Below the pieces are notes generated by a model. That model did no database searches. It was not told the origin of the DNA and worked only from the letters and a program-made list of their open reading frames with translations. A stretch of 64,000 nt of DNA from Gammaproteobacteria bacterium (GTDB lineage: Bacteria > Pseudomonadota > Gammaproteobacteria > JBCCGL01), in contig OZ255836.1 of the NCBI GenBank assembly GCA_965277715.1, forward strand, positions 1,664,001 through 1,728,000. Direction: 5' to 3'. This document shows, piece after piece, positions 47,647 through 57,735 of the stretch. A program made the translations under genes and the position numbers. Each line of letters begins with the position of its first letter. The stretch's first letter is position 1.

Positions 47647-49248
47647 TTGAATACCAAACACAGCAATACACACAATCCCGACGACTGGGCGTCATTACGT
47701 CTGTTGAATGTCTACCGTCTGTTCGTCACTTTTATCTTATTGGCTACACTGTACTATCTCGAACCGGACAATAATGTACTGGGCCAACGCAATACCACAC
47801 TGTTTACTGCTACGCTTCTGAGTTACCTTGCTCTTAGCCTTATATTTATTGCTTGCCTGCACGCTCGCTGGCCACGATTCGAGTCCCAGGTTTATCTCCA
47901 GGTTTATGTTGATATAGGTGCCATTACATTGCTGATGCACGCCAGTGGTGGCACCAGCAGTGGGCTGGGAATCTTGATGGTTGTGGCCATAGCGGGTACT
48001 GCGTTGATTACCATGAACCGCTTTGCCCTGTTATTTGCGGCACTCGGCTCTCTGGCTCTTCTTGGCGAACAGTTTTACACACATGCCACCTACGGCATTT
48101 CGCAAACAGCCTATTTGCAGGCAGGCGCACTGGGCGCCACGCTACTGGTTACCGCATTACTGGCAATGGTGTTGGCCCGCCGCAGCCGACGGGCAGATAC
48201 CGTGGCACGGCGCCGCACAACTGAGCGCGATAATCTGGCTAAACTAAATGAACAGATTATCCAGCAAATGGCTTCTGCACTATTATTTGTCAGCCCGATG
48301 GGGAAAATACGCATTTCCAATAGCAGTGCCCACCAATTGCTGAATATGCCACGCGATACCGAAAGCCTTAGTTTGCGGGTTGTGTCAGAACCGTTAGCAA
48401 CAGCACTTGAACACTGGCGAAAGGACAGATCACAACAACCACAACCGACGTTCGACGAGAAACTTGGCATTGAGTTAAATATGCATTTCCTGCCTCTTGG
48501 CAACGCGGGAACACTCATCCGGGTAGAGGATAATTTCGCGCTAAAACAACAAATGCTGCAATCCAGCCTCGCCTCGCTTGGCCGCCTGACTGCCAACATT
48601 GCCCATGAAATCCGTAACCCCTTGGGTGCTATCAGCCACGCGGCTCAGTTGCTCGAAGAATCTGCCTCGATAAGTCAAGGGGATAACCGCCTTGTGCAGA
48701 TAGTAATAACCCAGTCACAGCGGATGAACAAAATTATCGAAGATATTATGCAATTATCGCGGCAGCAGAAGGTCACGCCAGAAAAGATTAACTTGCATCA
48801 ATATCTTACTGAATTCGCTGCCGATTTTTGTACCCAGCAACAATTGCAGGCCAACGCGATACGCATAACTGCCGAGGCCACCACGCACGCCTGGATAGAT
48901 CCAGATCACCTGCACCAGGTATTGTGGAACTTATGCAACAACAGCGTGCTACACAGCAAGAGCGAAGACCTTGTTATCAACCTCACTGTCAAGGAGACAC
49001 CCAATCCTGCCGATCACAGAACCGACGTCAACCTGGAAATAAGCGATAACGGCGTGGGCATTCCCACTGAAAAACACGCAGAAGTATTTGAACCATTCTA
49101 CACCTCCAGCCATCGGGGAACCGGCCTGGGTTTGTACATTGCACGGGAACTCTGTGAATTCAGCCGTGCACAGCTATCACTACTCCCCAGTGGTAACGGC
49201 ACCTGCTTTCGCATAACATTCGGTTTACCACCCGAGATAACCACATAA
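47647..49248 (+). CDS. pilS: Type IV pilus sensor kinase PilS
   Basis: Multi-TM N-terminus, AHEIRNPL, DNG.G, GTGLGL; precedes pilR. Confidence 0.9.
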   Translation: MNTKHSNTHNPDDWASLRLLNVYRLFVTFILLATLYYLEPDNNVLGQRNTTLFTATLLSYLALSLIFIACLHARWPRFESQVYLQVYVDIGAITLLMHASGGTSSGLGILMVVAIAGTALITMNRFALLFAALGSLALLGEQFYTHATYGISQTAYLQAGALGATLLVTALLAMVLARRSRRADTVARRRTTERDNLAKLNEQIIQQMASALLFVSPMGKIRISNSSAHQLLNMPRDTESLSLRVVSEPLATALEHWRKDRSQQPQPTFDEKLGIELNMHFLPLGNAGTLIRVEDNFALKQQMLQSSLASLGRLTANIAHEIRNPLGAISHAAQLLEESASISQGDNRLVQIVITQSQRMNKIIEDIMQLSRQQKVTPEKINLHQYLTEFAADFCTQQQLQANAIRITAEATTHAWIDPDHLHQVLWNLCNNSVLHSKSEDLVINLTVKETPNPADHRTDVNLEISDNGVGIPTEKHAEVFEPFYTSSHRGTGLGLYIARELCEFSRAQLSLLPSGNGTCFRITFGLPPEITT

Positions 49249-49267
49249 ACGCCCCCTGACAAACGCC

Positions 49268-50623
49268 ATGCCCAAAGCCCTTATTGTCGACGACGAACCC
49301 GATATCCGCGAATTACTGGAAATGACACTTATGCGCATGGATATCGACACACATGCCGCCGCCAATATCGAGCAGGCGCGCACCCTGCTCAACAGTGAAT
49401 CATTCGATGTCTGCTTAACCGATATGCGCCTCCCGGATGGCAATGGTATTGGACTGGTTGAATATATTCAGACACTAAAGCACCCACTTCCCGTCGCAGT
49501 TATCACCGCTCACGGAAATATAGAGCTGGCCGTGCAGGCATTAAAAGCTGGTGCCTTTGACTTTATCTCCAAGCCCGTTAATTTAAGCGCATTGCGTGAC
49601 CTGGTCGATACCGCCATACGCTCAAATACCCCTGCGACAACCCAACCTCATATGCCCAGTAAAAATCCCCAGGATCAGTTGGTAGGCCAATCAAAGGCAA
49701 TGCAAACGCTTAAAGCCACAATCACCAAACTGGCACGCAGCCAGGCACCGGTGTGGATTCGTGGTGAGTCGGGTACAGGTAAGGAGCTTGTGGCGAAAAT
49801 CATCCACCAGCAGGGGCCGCGTCAAAATGGGCCATTTATACCGGTCAACTGTGGGGCTATTCCGTCAGAATTGATGGAGAGTGAGTTTTTTGGCCACCGC
49901 AAGGGCAGTTTTACCGGCGCCACCCATGATAACCCCGGTTTGTTCCAAAGTGCCGATGGGGGCACATTGTTCCTTGATGAAGTAGCAGACCTCCCACTGT
50001 CGATGCAAGTTAAGTTATTGCGGGCGATTCAGGAAAAAGCGGTGCGCCCGGTGGGTGAAAGTAATGAGATTCCCGTCAATGTACGCATTTTATCAGCCTC
50101 ACACAAAGACCTCACAGCAGAAGTAGCCACAGAGCGTTTCAGGCAAGACCTCTATTACCGCTTGAATGTTATTGAACTGCGAGTACCTAGTCTACGTGAG
50201 CGCCGTAGTGATATCCCTATCTTGATAACAGCCTTGCTCAGACGCATGATTTCAAATAGTAATGAAGATATTCCGACGCTATCTGACCAGGCACTAACGC
50301 TGCTCAACCAGCATGATTTTCCCGGCAATGTGCGGGAACTGGAAAACCGGCTGGAACGTGCGCTGGCGTTATATGAAAACGATAGAATAAGCGCAGAGGA
50401 TTTGGGGTTCCAGCAAGCGACTGATGAATCAAAGAATACTATCGCTTCCCCTGACACAACACTGGAAAAAACTCATTTAGCAAGCACTTCATTAGCAGAA
50501 CATGAGCGCACAGTATTGTTATCAGCTCTGGAAAAAACCCGCTGGAACAAAAAATCCGCCGCAGAATTATTGAATATCAGCTACCGACAGCTACGCTATA
50601 AAGTGAGTAAATTAGGACTATAA
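49268..50623 (+). CDS. pilR: Sigma54 response regulator PilR
   Basis: REC domain, GESGTGKE, GSFTGA, Fis-type HTH. Confidence 0.92.
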   Translation: MPKALIVDDEPDIRELLEMTLMRMDIDTHAAANIEQARTLLNSESFDVCLTDMRLPDGNGIGLVEYIQTLKHPLPVAVITAHGNIELAVQALKAGAFDFISKPVNLSALRDLVDTAIRSNTPATTQPHMPSKNPQDQLVGQSKAMQTLKATITKLARSQAPVWIRGESGTGKELVAKIIHQQGPRQNGPFIPVNCGAIPSELMESEFFGHRKGSFTGATHDNPGLFQSADGGTLFLDEVADLPLSMQVKLLRAIQEKAVRPVGESNEIPVNVRILSASHKDLTAEVATERFRQDLYYRLNVIELRVPSLRERRSDIPILITALLRRMISNSNEDIPTLSDQALTLLNQHDFPGNVRELENRLERALALYENDRISAEDLGFQQATDESKNTIASPDTTLEKTHLASTSLAEHERTVLLSALEKTRWNKKSAAELLNISYRQLRYKVSKLGL

Positions 50624-50691
50624 GAGTAACATTTGCATAAACGTACTATTTAACCCAAGTCTAAGCATATTTGGAGACAGTATTTATGTCA

Positions 50692-50715
50692 TATAGTGAC
50701 AAATATGTCACTATA
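50692..50715. promoter_or_regulatory. Palindromic upstream activator site (candidate PilR site)
   Basis: TATAGTGACA-AATA-TGTCACTATA about 95 bp upstream of the sigma54 promoter. Confidence 0.6.
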
Positions 50716-50807
50716 TACGAATATATATGTTTTGAAATAAACATATCTTCTTTAAGTTTAAGATCAAAGTACGTTAGCGGCAGTAGGTTTGCATGATAAA
50801 AATCACT

Positions 50808-50823
50808 TGGCACCTATCTTGCT
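50808..50823 (+). promoter_or_regulatory. Sigma54 promoter of pilA
   Basis: TGGCAC-N5-TTGCT. Confidence 0.88.
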
Positions 50824-50917
50824 TATCCACTATTAAGGTTATATAAAAGCGGCCAATGCTGTTCATAACCGAACACAAAACTTACTTTATCAACACTACC
50901 TATCCGGAGATTTGAAA

Positions 50918-51391
50918 ATGAAGAGAACCCAGCAAGGTTTTACCCTTATTGAGCTAATGGTTACCGTTGCAATTGTCGGTATTTTATCAGCAGTAGCAAT
51001 ACCTTCTTATCAAGGCTACACTACTCGCGCAAAAATAACTGAAGGCTTGGCCATAGCTGATGGCATCAAGAAAGAACTGACTATTGGCCTTGCTGAAAAC
51101 GGCATGACAAGAGTTGATTCTATAGCAGATGTATTTAATACTGACGTAACAGCAGGTAACGTACTTACTGACATTGTAACTGCTGCATCTGTCTCTGATA
51201 CCACCGGAGTAATCAGTATAACTTTCGGTGGAATACCTGCTCTTGGACCAACTAACAATGTCATCACTTTTGTTCCTCAAATCGGTGGTCAAGCTATATC
51301 CGTTACCAATGATACGGGCTCAGTTAGATGGAATTGCGCTACAGCAACAACATTAGTTGAAGATAAATATTTACCCAGTGATTGCCAATAG
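50918..51391 (+). CDS. pilA: Type IVa major pilin
   Basis: [10 protein letters not shown] prepilin motif, C-terminal Cys pair. Confidence 0.95.
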   Translation: MKRTQQGFTLIELMVTVAIVGILSAVAIPSYQGYTTRAKITEGLAIADGIKKELTIGLAENGMTRVDSIADVFNTDVTAGNVLTDIVTAASVSDTTGVISITFGGIPALGPTNNVITFVPQIGGQAISVTNDTGSVRWNCATATTLVEDKYLPSDCQ

Positions 51392-51466
51392 AACCCGGTA
51401 TCAAGTGCACAGCTCTTTTGATATATTATATAAGTTAATAAATTTTTAACCAAAAGATTACAAGTT

Positions 51467-51504
51467 AAACACCAGTTGGTATAAATACCAACTGGTGTTT
51501 TTTT
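51467..51504 (+). terminator. Intrinsic terminator after pilA
   Basis: AAACACCAGTTGGT...ACCAACTGGTGTTTTTTT. Confidence 0.8.
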
Positions 51505-51684
51505 GAAGGCGCAAGAATAGAGGTAAAAGGCCAAACCAGAGTGACGCTTCTTAAAGCACAAGTACATGAAAATAGCTAATAAATATTACGCGACGAGGCA
51601 TAAGGAACACGAGTAAAAGTTTTCCTATTGTGTATACTTTACAAGCACTTATCCATTACTTAACAGCAAAAAGTATATACTAAT

Positions 51685-53403
51685 ATGGCAACACCCGCCT
51701 CAAAACCCCTACTTAACGGCTTACCCAAAAGGTTGGTACAAGACAACCTTATGTCCGAGAAAGACGCATTGGCGGCAGTTGCTGATGCGCAAAAAAAACA
51801 ACAGAAGTTTGTTTCCATCGCGATTAACGATTATCACGTAGCGGCTAATGACTTGGCCTATACCGCAGGCCAGGAATTTGGTCTGCCCGTATTTGATCTC
51901 AGTGCCTTTACTCCAGATAACTTACCCAAAGAACATCTTAACGAGACGTTAATCAACAAACACCGCGCTCTGCCTCTCTCCAAAAAAGGCACTCGTCTCT
52001 ATATCGGCATCTCCGATCCGACCAATGTTACCGCATTGGATGAGTTCAAATTCTATACCGGTCTGACCAGCGAACCTGTATTGGTCGAAGACAACAAGCT
52101 CGACAATGCCATTCAGCAGGCACTCAACCAGCAGGATGATGGGTTTAGTGACAGTATAGATGAAGACCTGGAAGACCTTGATATTACCTTTGAGGATGAC
52201 GCAGATCAGCAGGATGAAGCTACCGATGTTGCCGGTATAAACGATACCCCTATAGTACGTTTTGTAAATAAAGTACTGCTGGATGCTATCAATCGAGGCG
52301 CTTCCGATATTCATATCGAACCCTATGAAAAGCTATTTCGCATTCGCTACCGGATCGATGGCGTACTTGAGGCGGTGGCCCAACCACCATTGAATATGGC
52401 TTCACGCCTTATCGCACGGGTAAAAGTAATGTCACGTATGGATATTTCCGAGCGACGGGTGCCACAGGATGGCCGTATCAAACTAAAAATTTCCCGTAAT
52501 CGCGCCATCGACTTTCGGGTTAATACCTGCCCCACGCTGTTTGGCGAAAAAATTGTATTGCGTATTCTCGACCCCACCAGCGCTCAGCTCGGTATCGAAG
52601 TGCTGGGGTACGAGGACGACCAGAAAGACCTATACCTTAAAGCACTGAAAAACCCCTATGGCATGATCCTGGTAACTGGCCCCACAGGCAGTGGTAAAAC
52701 CGTTTCGCTCTACACAGGATTGAATATTTTAAACGAACCAGAAATCAATATTTCCACGGCGGAAGACCCTGCCGAAATCAATATGCCGGGGATCAATCAG
52801 GTCAACGTCAACACCCGGGTGGGTCTCACCTTCGCCGAGGCGCTCAAGTCTTTTTTACGCCAGGACCCGGATGTAATTATGGTCGGCGAGATCCGCGACC
52901 TAGAAACCGCCAGCATCGCCATCAAAGCGGCACAAACCGGGCATTTAGTACTCTCCACATTGCACACCAATGATGCCCCGCAAACGCTGACCCGACTAGT
53001 CAATATGGGCGTACCACCGTTTAATATTGCTACCGCTGTATCACTTATTATCGCCCAGCGATTGGCCCGGCGTTTATGTGATCACTGTAAAGTGGTTGAA
53101 AACATTCCAACCGACATCCTGCTGCAAGAAGGGTTTACAAAACCCGAATTGGATAACCTAAAAGTATACGGGCCAACCGGGTGTAGCCGATGCACCAAAG
53201 GATATAAGGGTCGTGTTGGTATCTATCAAGTTATGCCGGTTTCTGATGAAATTGGCCGTATTATTATGTCGGGTGGTAACTCAATTGATATCGCCGATCA
53301 AGCAGTAAAGGAAGGTGTCGATGACCTGCGCCGCTCGGCACTAAAAAAAGTCAAAGCTGGTGTGTTAAGCCTTGAAGAAGCCAACCGGGTAACCAAAGAA
53401 TAG
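51685..53403 (+). CDS. pilB: Type IV pilus assembly ATPase
   Basis: ASDIHIEP, GPTGSGKT, LRQDPD, tetracysteine motif. Confidence 0.97.
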   Translation: MATPASKPLLNGLPKRLVQDNLMSEKDALAAVADAQKKQQKFVSIAINDYHVAANDLAYTAGQEFGLPVFDLSAFTPDNLPKEHLNETLINKHRALPLSKKGTRLYIGISDPTNVTALDEFKFYTGLTSEPVLVEDNKLDNAIQQALNQQDDGFSDSIDEDLEDLDITFEDDADQQDEATDVAGINDTPIVRFVNKVLLDAINRGASDIHIEPYEKLFRIRYRIDGVLEAVAQPPLNMASRLIARVKVMSRMDISERRVPQDGRIKLKISRNRAIDFRVNTCPTLFGEKIVLRILDPTSAQLGIEVLGYEDDQKDLYLKALKNPYGMILVTGPTGSGKTVSLYTGLNILNEPEINISTAEDPAEINMPGINQVNVNTRVGLTFAEALKSFLRQDPDVIMVGEIRDLETASIAIKAAQTGHLVLSTLHTNDAPQTLTRLVNMGVPPFNIATAVSLIIAQRLARRLCDHCKVVENIPTDILLQEGFTKPELDNLKVYGPTGCSRCTKGYKGRVGIYQVMPVSDEIGRIIMSGGNSIDIADQAVKEGVDDLRRSALKKVKAGVLSLEEANRVTKE

Positions 53404-53405
53404 AT

Positions 53406-54635
53406 ATGGCAGCAAAAAAGGCCAATAACACCAAAAACTTCACTTTTTACTGGGAAGGTAAAGACCGTGCTGGCAGCAAAATCACCGGCGCTATTGAAAG
53501 CACCAGCCAGGCCATTGTTAGAGCACAGTTGCGTAAACAGGGCATCACTCCGCTAAAAATGCGTAAAAAGTCACAATCACGCAGCAACGCTGGTGGAAAG
53601 AAAATAACCGCTACTGATATCGCAATTTTTTCTCGCCAGCTAACCACTATGCTATCAGCAGGTATACCGATGGTACAATCCTTTGAAATTGTTGCCGACG
53701 GACTGGATAACAAGTCAATGCGAAAATTAGTACTAGAGGTAAAGGCAGATGTTGAATCTGGTAGCAACCTTGCTACCGCTATGCGCAAACACCCCAATCA
53801 GTTTGATGATTTGTTTTGCAGCCTGGTGGCAGTGGGGGAGCAGTCGGGCACACTTGAAGCTCTGCTAAATGAAATTGCCGTCTACAAAGAAAAAACCGAG
53901 GCATTAAAAGCAAAAATAAAAAAAGCCATGTTTTACCCAATAGCGGTAATGATCATTGCCTTTTGCGTCACTGCTATTTTATTGATTTTTGTCGTACCCC
54001 AGTTTGAAACACTGTTCAATAATGCCGGTTCTGATTTACCTGCATTTACACAGTTCGTTGTTAGCTTATCTGAATTTCTCCAAGCCTGGTGGTACATTAT
54101 ATTTGGCGTGATAGTTGGCACGGTGTTCGCGTTGCTTCACCTTAAAAAAACCTCTAAAAGTTTTTCTGCAACCTTGGATAAACTATCACTCAAACTACCT
54201 GTAGTGGGCGATTTACTGGGTAAAGCAGCCACCGCCCGATTTACCCGCACACTGTCAACTATGTCCGTCGCTGGTGTACCGTTAGTTGAAGCCATGGATT
54301 CAGTGGCCAGCACCGCTGGAAACGCCTTATATTATGATGCCATTATGCAAGTTAGAGATGAAATAGCCACAGGGCAGCGACTACAGCGGGCGCTCCGACA
54401 AACAGGTTTATTCTCCAGCATGGTGATACAAATGGTCGCTATCGGTGAAGAGTCAGGTGCGCTCGATAAAATGCTGGCTAAAGTAGCAGAATACTACGAA
54501 GAGGAAGTCGATAATGGTGTCGATAGCCTCACCAGCTTGATGGAACCTATGATCATGGCGTTTTTGGGGATCGTTGTGGGCGGCTTAGTCGTCGCTATGT
54601 ACCTGCCTATATTCAAACTGGGCGATTCATTTTGA
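53406..54635 (+). CDS. pilC: Type IV pilus platform protein
   Basis: Two T2SSF domains; GEQSG, GEESG, AMYLPIF. Confidence 0.96.
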   Translation: MAAKKANNTKNFTFYWEGKDRAGSKITGAIESTSQAIVRAQLRKQGITPLKMRKKSQSRSNAGGKKITATDIAIFSRQLTTMLSAGIPMVQSFEIVADGLDNKSMRKLVLEVKADVESGSNLATAMRKHPNQFDDLFCSLVAVGEQSGTLEALLNEIAVYKEKTEALKAKIKKAMFYPIAVMIIAFCVTAILLIFVVPQFETLFNNAGSDLPAFTQFVVSLSEFLQAWWYIIFGVIVGTVFALLHLKKTSKSFSATLDKLSLKLPVVGDLLGKAATARFTRTLSTMSVAGVPLVEAMDSVASTAGNALYYDAIMQVRDEIATGQRLQRALRQTGLFSSMVIQMVAIGEESGALDKMLAKVAEYYEEEVDNGVDSLTSLMEPMIMAFLGIVVGGLVVAMYLPIFKLGDSF

Positions 54636-54648
54636 TTTCACGCATCTA

Positions 54649-55524
54649 ATGAGCGTAATAACACTATTCAATGACTCGCCTGGGTTATTATTAATTCTGG
54701 CATTACTTATCGGCTTAAGCATCGGTAGTTTTCTCAATGTCGTTATCCACCGTTTGCCCATAATGATGGAAAAACGCTGGCACAATGAATGCGCAAATCT
54801 AATAGCAACAGAAACAACCGGAACAACTCAAGAACAAGCAACCTATAACCTTCTTGTACCACGTTCCCGCTGCCCAGGGTGTGACGCACAAATTACCCCC
54901 CTGCAGAATATTCCCGTTATCAGTTGGCTGTTTCTTCGTGGTCGATGTGCAAACTGCCAGGCACGGATATCCATCCAATACCCTGCTATTGAAATAGTGA
55001 CCGCTATTCTAAGCGTAGTAGTGATATGGCACTTTGGCGTCACAGCACAATCAATCGCCGCACTTGTGTTCACCTGGACACTCATCGCGCTCAGTGCCAT
55101 CGATTTCAAAACCACTCTGCTACCAGACGACCTGACACTCCCTTTACTATGGCTGGGTTTGTTATGTAATACGCTGGGGCTTTTTACTGATCTGAACTCA
55201 GCCGTAATAGGTGCAGTATTAGGTTACCTGGTACTCTGGTTGGTATACCATGCCTTTCGCCTGATTACTGGCAAGGAAGGTATGGGTTACGGCGATTTTA
55301 AATTACTTGCCGCGCTGGGTGCATGGCTCGGTTGGCAGCAACTGCCATTGGTTATTTTATTGTCTTCCCTGCTCGGCGCTATCGTGGGAATCGGCCTGAT
55401 TATCGTGCGCGGTAGAGATAAAAACATTCCTATACCGTTTGGCCCTTATTTGGCTGGTGCCGGTTGGATTGCACTATTATGGGGTGAGCAGATTATGCAT
55501 TATTACCTGCAACTCAGCGCCTGA
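54649..55524 (+). CDS. pilD: Prepilin peptidase/N-methyltransferase
   Basis: GSFLNVVI.R.P, two CxxC, GMGYGDFKL, PFGPYL. Confidence 0.97.
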   Translation: MSVITLFNDSPGLLLILALLIGLSIGSFLNVVIHRLPIMMEKRWHNECANLIATETTGTTQEQATYNLLVPRSRCPGCDAQITPLQNIPVISWLFLRGRCANCQARISIQYPAIEIVTAILSVVVIWHFGVTAQSIAALVFTWTLIALSAIDFKTTLLPDDLTLPLLWLGLLCNTLGLFTDLNSAVIGAVLGYLVLWLVYHAFRLITGKEGMGYGDFKLLAALGAWLGWQQLPLVILLSSLLGAIVGIGLIIVRGRDKNIPIPFGPYLAGAGWIALLWGEQIMHYYLQLSA

Positions 55525-55525
55525 T

Positions 55526-56131
55526 ATGCTGCGAGTCGGTTTAACCGGCGGGATTGCCTGCGGTAAAACCACTGTATCGACACTGTTTGGCCAGTATGGT
55601 GCCCCGATAGTCGATGCCGATGTGTTGGCGCGTGAAGCGGTGTTACCTGGAAGCGCAGGGCTAGCAGAAATAGTGGACCGTTTTGGCACGGGTGTACTGA
55701 CCGCCCAGGGAGCACTTGATCGCCTGGCGATGCGACAGCTAATATTTTCAGATCATCAGGCAAAACAGTATCTGGAAAATATTTTACACCCACGCATTCG
55801 ACAACAAATGGCACGTGCTATTCAACAGTTTAAAAGTAACGGCTATGCCTATTGCATCAGCGTTATCCCACTGTTGTTTGAAACCTCGCAGCAAGACACT
55901 GTCGACAGGGTCTTGGTCATAGACTGCGAGGAAGCCGTTCAGATTGCACGGATTATGGCGCGTGATGCATCAACCAGAGAGGAAGCGGAGCAAATACTTG
56001 CAGTGCAAATACCAAGAGCACAACGGATGGCACTCGCTGATGATTTGATTGAGAATAACCAAGGCCCTGATCAGCTTGAACAACGGGTTGCCGATTTGCA
56101 CAACCTATATTTAGCTTACAGCTCGTCATAA
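55526..56131 (+). CDS. coaE: Dephospho-CoA kinase
   Basis: VGLTGGIACGKT, ILHP.I, PLLFE. Confidence 0.95.
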   Translation: MLRVGLTGGIACGKTTVSTLFGQYGAPIVDADVLAREAVLPGSAGLAEIVDRFGTGVLTAQGALDRLAMRQLIFSDHQAKQYLENILHPRIRQQMARAIQQFKSNGYAYCISVIPLLFETSQQDTVDRVLVIDCEEAVQIARIMARDASTREEAEQILAVQIPRAQRMALADDLIENNQGPDQLEQRVADLHNLYLAYSSS

Positions 56132-56359
56132 AGGAACGAATAAAATGGCGCAAGCAGTAGTTTATAAAAATAGGTTCTTCGTAAATTATTGTAAAAATAC
56201 CATCAGTGTTCCAAAATTTTCCCTGTCGCCGCCGTTTTACGGGTGTTACAGGTGCGATTAAGGCACTATTTTACACGCCGGAAAAATATTAAATTAAACC
56301 AATATGTTAATTATATTGGCGTACTCAAATCGGATAAAATCAGGCTTATATGAATTGGG

Positions 56360-57307
56360 CTAATGTGTTCGAATCAACCGTTTCGGCGCCAAACGTGCCT
56401 CAGACGCACAAATACCAATACCGAGAAACCGCTGATCAGCACCATAAACCCGGTATAACAAGCCCGGTTTCTGCACCAAAGCAGTGGCCACCACCTGCCC
56501 CATCAACAAACTTTGTGCCTGCTGTACATCTAAGTGGACGGCTGAAAACGTAAGTGCCGTATCCTCTGCTAATAACAATGCGTCGATTGCCAGTTCGGAA
56601 GTAGTCGATACTTCAGTTGATTGCCGGTTACCTGGCAACAATGCTTCAAGTTGCTCAAAAGTGTACGTAGGAGCGTCGACAAAAGGCTGCACCCAGTTTC
56701 GGTGCAGTTTGGTAACATGGGCACCACAATGTAAAACAGCGCCAATATCGGCAACTAATGAGCGGATGTAAGTGCCCTTGGTGCATTCAACATAAAGGCT
56801 GAACCGGTTATTGTCGAAGTGCAGTAAATCGAGTTTCTTAATCGTGACACAACGGGCTTTTCGTTTGATCTCCTCCCCTTTTCGCGCCAGTTTATAAAGC
56901 GGTTGCCCGTTGTGTTTCAAGGCCGAGTACATAGGGGGTATTTGTTCGATAGCACCTCGAAACTGGCTCAGCGCAGTTTCGAGCATGGGCAGGTTGACAT
57001 CGACACATTCCACGCGGGTAATCACCTCGCCATCGGCATCACCGGTATTGGTCACTTCACCCAGTTGAGCGGTAACGGTATAGGCTTTATCTGAATCGAG
57101 CAGAAACCCGGCCATTTTCGTGGCTTCACCAAAACAAATCGGCAACATACCACTGGCGAGTGGGTCGAGGCTGCCCGTGTGACCGGCCTTGCGCGCATTA
57201 AAAAGGCGTGCAGCGCGCTGCAATGCTTTGTTTGAGGTAATGCCGACAGGCTTTTCTAACAATAGGATGCCGTTCAGATCGCGTCCGGTATGTTTTTTGC
57301 GCGCCAT
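56360..57307 (-). CDS. truB: tRNA pseudouridine(55) synthase
   Basis: GHTGSLDPLASG, PPMYSALK, KGTYIRSL. Confidence 0.97.
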   Translation of the reverse strand: MARKKHTGRDLNGILLLEKPVGITSNKALQRAARLFNARKAGHTGSLDPLASGMLPICFGEATKMAGFLLDSDKAYTVTAQLGEVTNTGDADGEVITRVECVDVNLPMLETALSQFRGAIEQIPPMYSALKHNGQPLYKLARKGEEIKRKARCVTIKKLDLLHFDNNRFSLYVECTKGTYIRSLVADIGAVLHCGAHVTKLHRNWVQPFVDAPTYTFEQLEALLPGNRQSTEVSTTSELAIDALLLAEDTALTFSAVHLDVQQAQSLLMGQVVATALVQKPGLLYRVYGADQRFLGIGICASEARLAPKRLIRTH

Positions 57308-57328
57308 TGGCTCACAAAATATCGGTAG

Positions 57329-57700
57329 CTAGTTGTCGTCGTTTGATTGATCGGATTGCACAGCGGCATCGATCAATCCAGACAAATGCTCACCCTGTTC
57401 AATCGATTCATCGTAGTAAAAGCGCAGTTGTGGCACTGAGCGCAGCGACATACGGCTGGCAAGTTGTGATCGCAAATAACCGCTGGCGCGCGCCAGTGCT
57501 GCCATCGAAGATTCGCGTTGCTCGTCACCCAGCACGGTAATATAGATTTTGGCAACCGATAAATCGCGTGACACATCCACCGCAGAGATAGTTAACAACG
57601 GCGATATGCCGGGGTCTTTAACCTGATTGCGCACCAACGATGACAATTCATGCTGAATCTGATCTGCAACACGGTAGCTGCGGGGAAAATCTTTACTCAT
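57329..57700 (-). CDS. rbfA: Ribosome-binding factor A
   Basis: RVADQI, VSRDLSVAK, PQLRFYYD. Confidence 0.96.
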   Translation of the reverse strand: MSKDFPRSYRVADQIQHELSSLVRNQVKDPGISPLLTISAVDVSRDLSVAKIYITVLGDEQRESSMAALARASGYLRSQLASRMSLRSVPQLRFYYDESIEQGEHLSGLIDAAVQSDQSNDDN

Positions 57701-57735
57701 TTTAATGCTAATGCCCAGGTTTGCAGTGGGTGAGC

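Noticed and set aside
51480-51487. Second TATAAATA box
   Set aside because: It lies at the apex of the pilA terminator hairpin; it shows the 8-mer can arise by chance, which tempers the satellite-promoter idea.
50918-51680. AT-rich pilA region as a foreign island
   Set aside because: Divergent composition is normal for variable major pilins; the pilSR-pilABCD-coaE context is intact.
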